Shown: piece by piece, positions 60,483 to 64,000 of the stretch | Position numbering within the stretch: position 1 is the stretch's first letter | Layout: the number at the start of each line of letters is the position of its first letter | Assembly: GCF_009914755.1 (NCBI RefSeq) | Contig: NC_060933.1 | Length of the DNA stretch: 64,000 nucleotides | Strand: one strand, 5' to 3' | Origin: the human T2T-CHM13v2.0 reference genome, Homo sapiens | Notes under the pieces: generated by a model | What the model saw: the letters and a program-made list of their open reading frames with translations, nothing else | The model's database searches: none | What the model was told of the DNA's origin: nothing | Translations under genes and position numbers: made by a program

Positions 60483-62809
60483 TATTTGGGCACTGACAGT
60501 TTGGCGATGCTGCGGGCTACGCAAACGCCACCCATGACATGGAGAGACCACCTCTAGATGCCTACTCGATTCAAGGACAACACACCATTTCTGCACTCGG
60601 TCTGGCTGGAAATATGTTTTGTGTGTTTTTTTGTTTGTTTGTTGCTTTTAATAATATTTTATGAGCCAGGAAATCCCACTCTTAGTGCTCTGACTCCTGT
60701 AAAACCATCACAACAGCAGCAGCATCTCTGAGATCTAACCTCTACCAAGAGAAGCAGAAGTAATTGCAAGTGCTATTATTGCTCGAGTTCCCCAGGCCCC
60801 TCTCTGCTTCTTGACTCCTAGCTCCAGAGCTCCGCCTTTCCCATCTAGAGGTCCTTGTATGTATGATCTCCTCTGGACCTGAACCTTATGGCCAACGTAG
60901 GCTTCCAAAGGCTGTTGTGCTCTCTTCCAGGTCAAAGTTCTTAAGGCAACAAGTGACAAAGTCTGGCACCTCTGGAAATATGGTGCTAATATTGGGGAAA
61001 ATCAGAATGGATATTTAAAGCAAATTTGATGTCTCCAGTTTCTCAGCATATGTTTGGACATGCATATGGCAGACAAATCAGCTTTTGTTGATGGAAAACA
61101 TACTTCTTCTTGGTCCAGCTTCCATGTGTGACCACAGGATATTTGCTCAATTGAGATTGAGAATATGGTAGCCTCCGCTTTACAACCCGAGGGCATCCCA
61201 GAGGCTTTAGCTGTTCCAAGCAGTGTTAGTGAAATTTAGTGACAGCAAGCAGGTGCACCATGTAACTCTAGAGTTCCGTGCAGGTAGACTCTGTGTGCAG
61301 GTGGGGCACACTTGAGGCCAGGTGCTGCCCCAGATAGAGACGAGAGCTGCAACATGGGTGTCAGGATTAGTAAGATAAGGGTGCTTGCTTGGTTGTGTTA
61401 AGGAGTTTGGTGAACGTTGTGAAAGCTGGGTCTACAGGACAGTGTTGTGTGTGCATCAGTGTCATGGAAGTCAGCGGCCTATTTTTCAAGGAAGCTACAA
61501 AGCCCCCGATGCATTCGACACCTTTTCAAGGTTTGTTTTTTGCCAATGGACTTTGCAAGGCTCCAAACATCACTACTTATACGGAGAAGGCACAGCTCTG
61601 AACCATATTCTTTAATGCTGGAGAACCTGAAGAGAAGTTTGTCTGACATAATTTTCATTGACTTGTGGAAGCATTAACACCTTATCTGCTTTGTAAATGC
61701 AAAGAGAAGATCAACACTCTGCTATCCATTCTCCTTATCAGACACTTAGCAAATGAAAAAGCCAAAGATGCTACTGAGATCATCAACTGTTGAAGTGCTT
61801 CTGAGCCTCTCTGATCTTCTTAGGATGCTCGGCGGAATGTCAACTGCTAGACCGCCCCAGCCTCTAGTCTTAGGGTCCCCACTGGAGCTGTGTGATAAAT
61901 AAGGAAGACAGAGAAAGACTTGCAGATTCAAAACTGCCTTTGAAGGGCTCTTGGACGAATGTTTATTCAGAAGTGTTGAATCAGATTTTATTGTAGTTTG
62001 TGAGCATGCTCCTTAGTATAAGTTATGCACATTTCAAAGAAACAGACTGCAAGACACCATAAATCAGCTCTTTTTCAAGTTTCTAAAATGCCATTTTATG
62101 CTCAGAAGCTGTGGAGTAGAATTTTTGTGGACCTAGTCACTTTTTAAAATAAAGAATTAGATGAATAGAGTCCCCAAAGCAGTCAGGGCACGCGACTGAT
62201 TTGCACAGTGGATCCCTATGTGGATTCATTGTTTGTGAATTCCACTGAAGCCACACAATCGCTAAACCCCTGGGCAGTGGGAAGCAACATAGCAGGTTTG
62301 CTCTGCCCCATCCCACCCAGAGTGTGTCTGCCCAGAAGGATTGTGAGAAGCCAGATGGGGATCTGCCACTTATACCTGTCAGTTCCCGTGCATCTTACAG
62401 GATTTCAGCATAAACTTCCCTGTTATGTGTGAATAGAGGATTTGAAGATATATGATTTTCTTTCCACATGGCTTCTAAAAACATACCCACTCACTGCTGA
62501 TATTCAAGGGGGAAAAAATGATCTGTTCAAACACAGGAAGGAGGAAGACAGCTTTGCAGACCAGAGAGAGCTTATCTCAACCTATGATCCGCGCTTTTCC
62601 CAAGCAGTGAATCACTGTCCTAGTCACTTAAATTCTACACCTTTTCCCTTGTGCAGCCTCTAAAGCAGAGGTCCGGGAAGACATGACCTCACTCTCGGTA
62701 GAAATTTTTATTAAGTTTTGCAGCTAATGCAATTCTGTTTTGGAATTTACATACACACATATGTTCATGCACACAACCCTACCTGAGCATGCACACACAC
62801 ATCTCACCC

Positions 62810-63086
<277 letters not shown>

Positions 63087-63901
63087 CCTACCTCTCTTGT
63101 CTTAGGGGCTACTCTATGGGTCCAGGGCAGGTTGGGTCCTCCTTCCCCAACCCGGTTTCCTTCTAGCAGCAATTCTGTTTTGTGTCTTTATATAGAGACT
63201 CAACCTTGTAAGAATTCATCTAAAGGGAAGAGCATTCATTTACTTTAAATGTTATGAAAATCAAGCAATATAACCCACCAGGAAACACTGACAGGCCACA
63301 TGGAATGACTAAGGTAGTGACACAGAAAATCACATCATGACAGTAATGTCCATGTTATGAGATCTCACTCTGGTTCTCCTGTTCTGTACAGGATCATCAG
63401 GCCTTTCACCAGGTGTCTGCAAACGTGTTCTCTCCAGGAATCAGCAAGCTATGCTCTGACATTTTTCGTCTCTGATTTGTAATGTGTTAAATTCCTCTCA
63501 TTTAATTATCACTAAAAAGTGGCTTCCCTGCAAATACGTTTCATGTCACCTCACATTCTCGCAGTCATGTTAATTAATTTGACTATAGTTGAGCTGCACT
63601 GGTGATGGTATTTGAATCTCCTTTCTTGCCCTAAATCATATAAAATGCCAACAGGGCACAGGCTGTGTTGCTTTCTCAGGTCAGAAATGCATCAAGCTTT
63701 TATTGAGAACATTCCCAAGTGACCTGTGAATCACTTGCAGCAGCTCTGTGACCCTGGCCTGGAGGACATAATTATCTTTATAGCTTTCTGACTGAGCATC
63801 TGTCTCTTTTTTGTTAAACATATGTCCATTGTCTGTGAGACAGAAAGCTCCCTGCCACCCCTTGGCCTTGTACACAGCACAGGCAGATGACAGAAGGGTT
63901 C

Positions 63902-64000
63902 TTTTTTGAGATGGAGTCTTGCTCTGTCACCCAGGATGGAGTGCAGTGGCGTGATCTCGGCTCACTGCAAGCTTCGCCTCCCGGATTCACGCCATTCTCC
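63902..64000 (-). mobile_element. AluY, cut by the window edge
   Basis: cactgcaagcttcgcctcccggattcacgccattctcc. Confidence 0.85.

Noticed and set aside
60253-60596. Cys/Val and His/Thr repeat ORFs
   Set aside because: Translation of the (TG)n microsatellite.

Overview
Primate (human-like) genomic DNA, repeat-rich and apparently intergenic or intronic. I found no credible cellular protein-coding exon, tRNA, rRNA or CRISPR array; most listed ORFs are chance or repeat-derived. The centrepiece is a complete ~5.7 kb HERV-H provirus (29661-35346, +) with two ~98% identical LTR7-family LTRs, an ATAAA target-site duplication (TSD), a perfect tRNA-His primer-binding site (PBS) and decayed gag/pro/pol. 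Its 3' LTR has lost the poly(A) signal (AATAAA>AATAGA) while the 5' LTR keeps it. Downstream lie well-formed splice sites and a terminal AATAAA pair, suggesting an LTR7-driven spliced read-through transcript (inference). The leader keeps an uninterrupted ESRG-like ORF. Also present: a fossil ERV-L-type pol (-), a solo LTR12 with a CCAAT array, nested LTR/Alu/L1 insertions, a MER4 LTR with an inverted duplication, a probable Alu-Alu gene-conversion tract, a MADE1 hairpin, a 130-bp local duplication and two CpG-retaining candidate regulatory patches. Repeat subfamily names come from recalled consensus sequences, not a search, and boundaries of old repeats are approximate.
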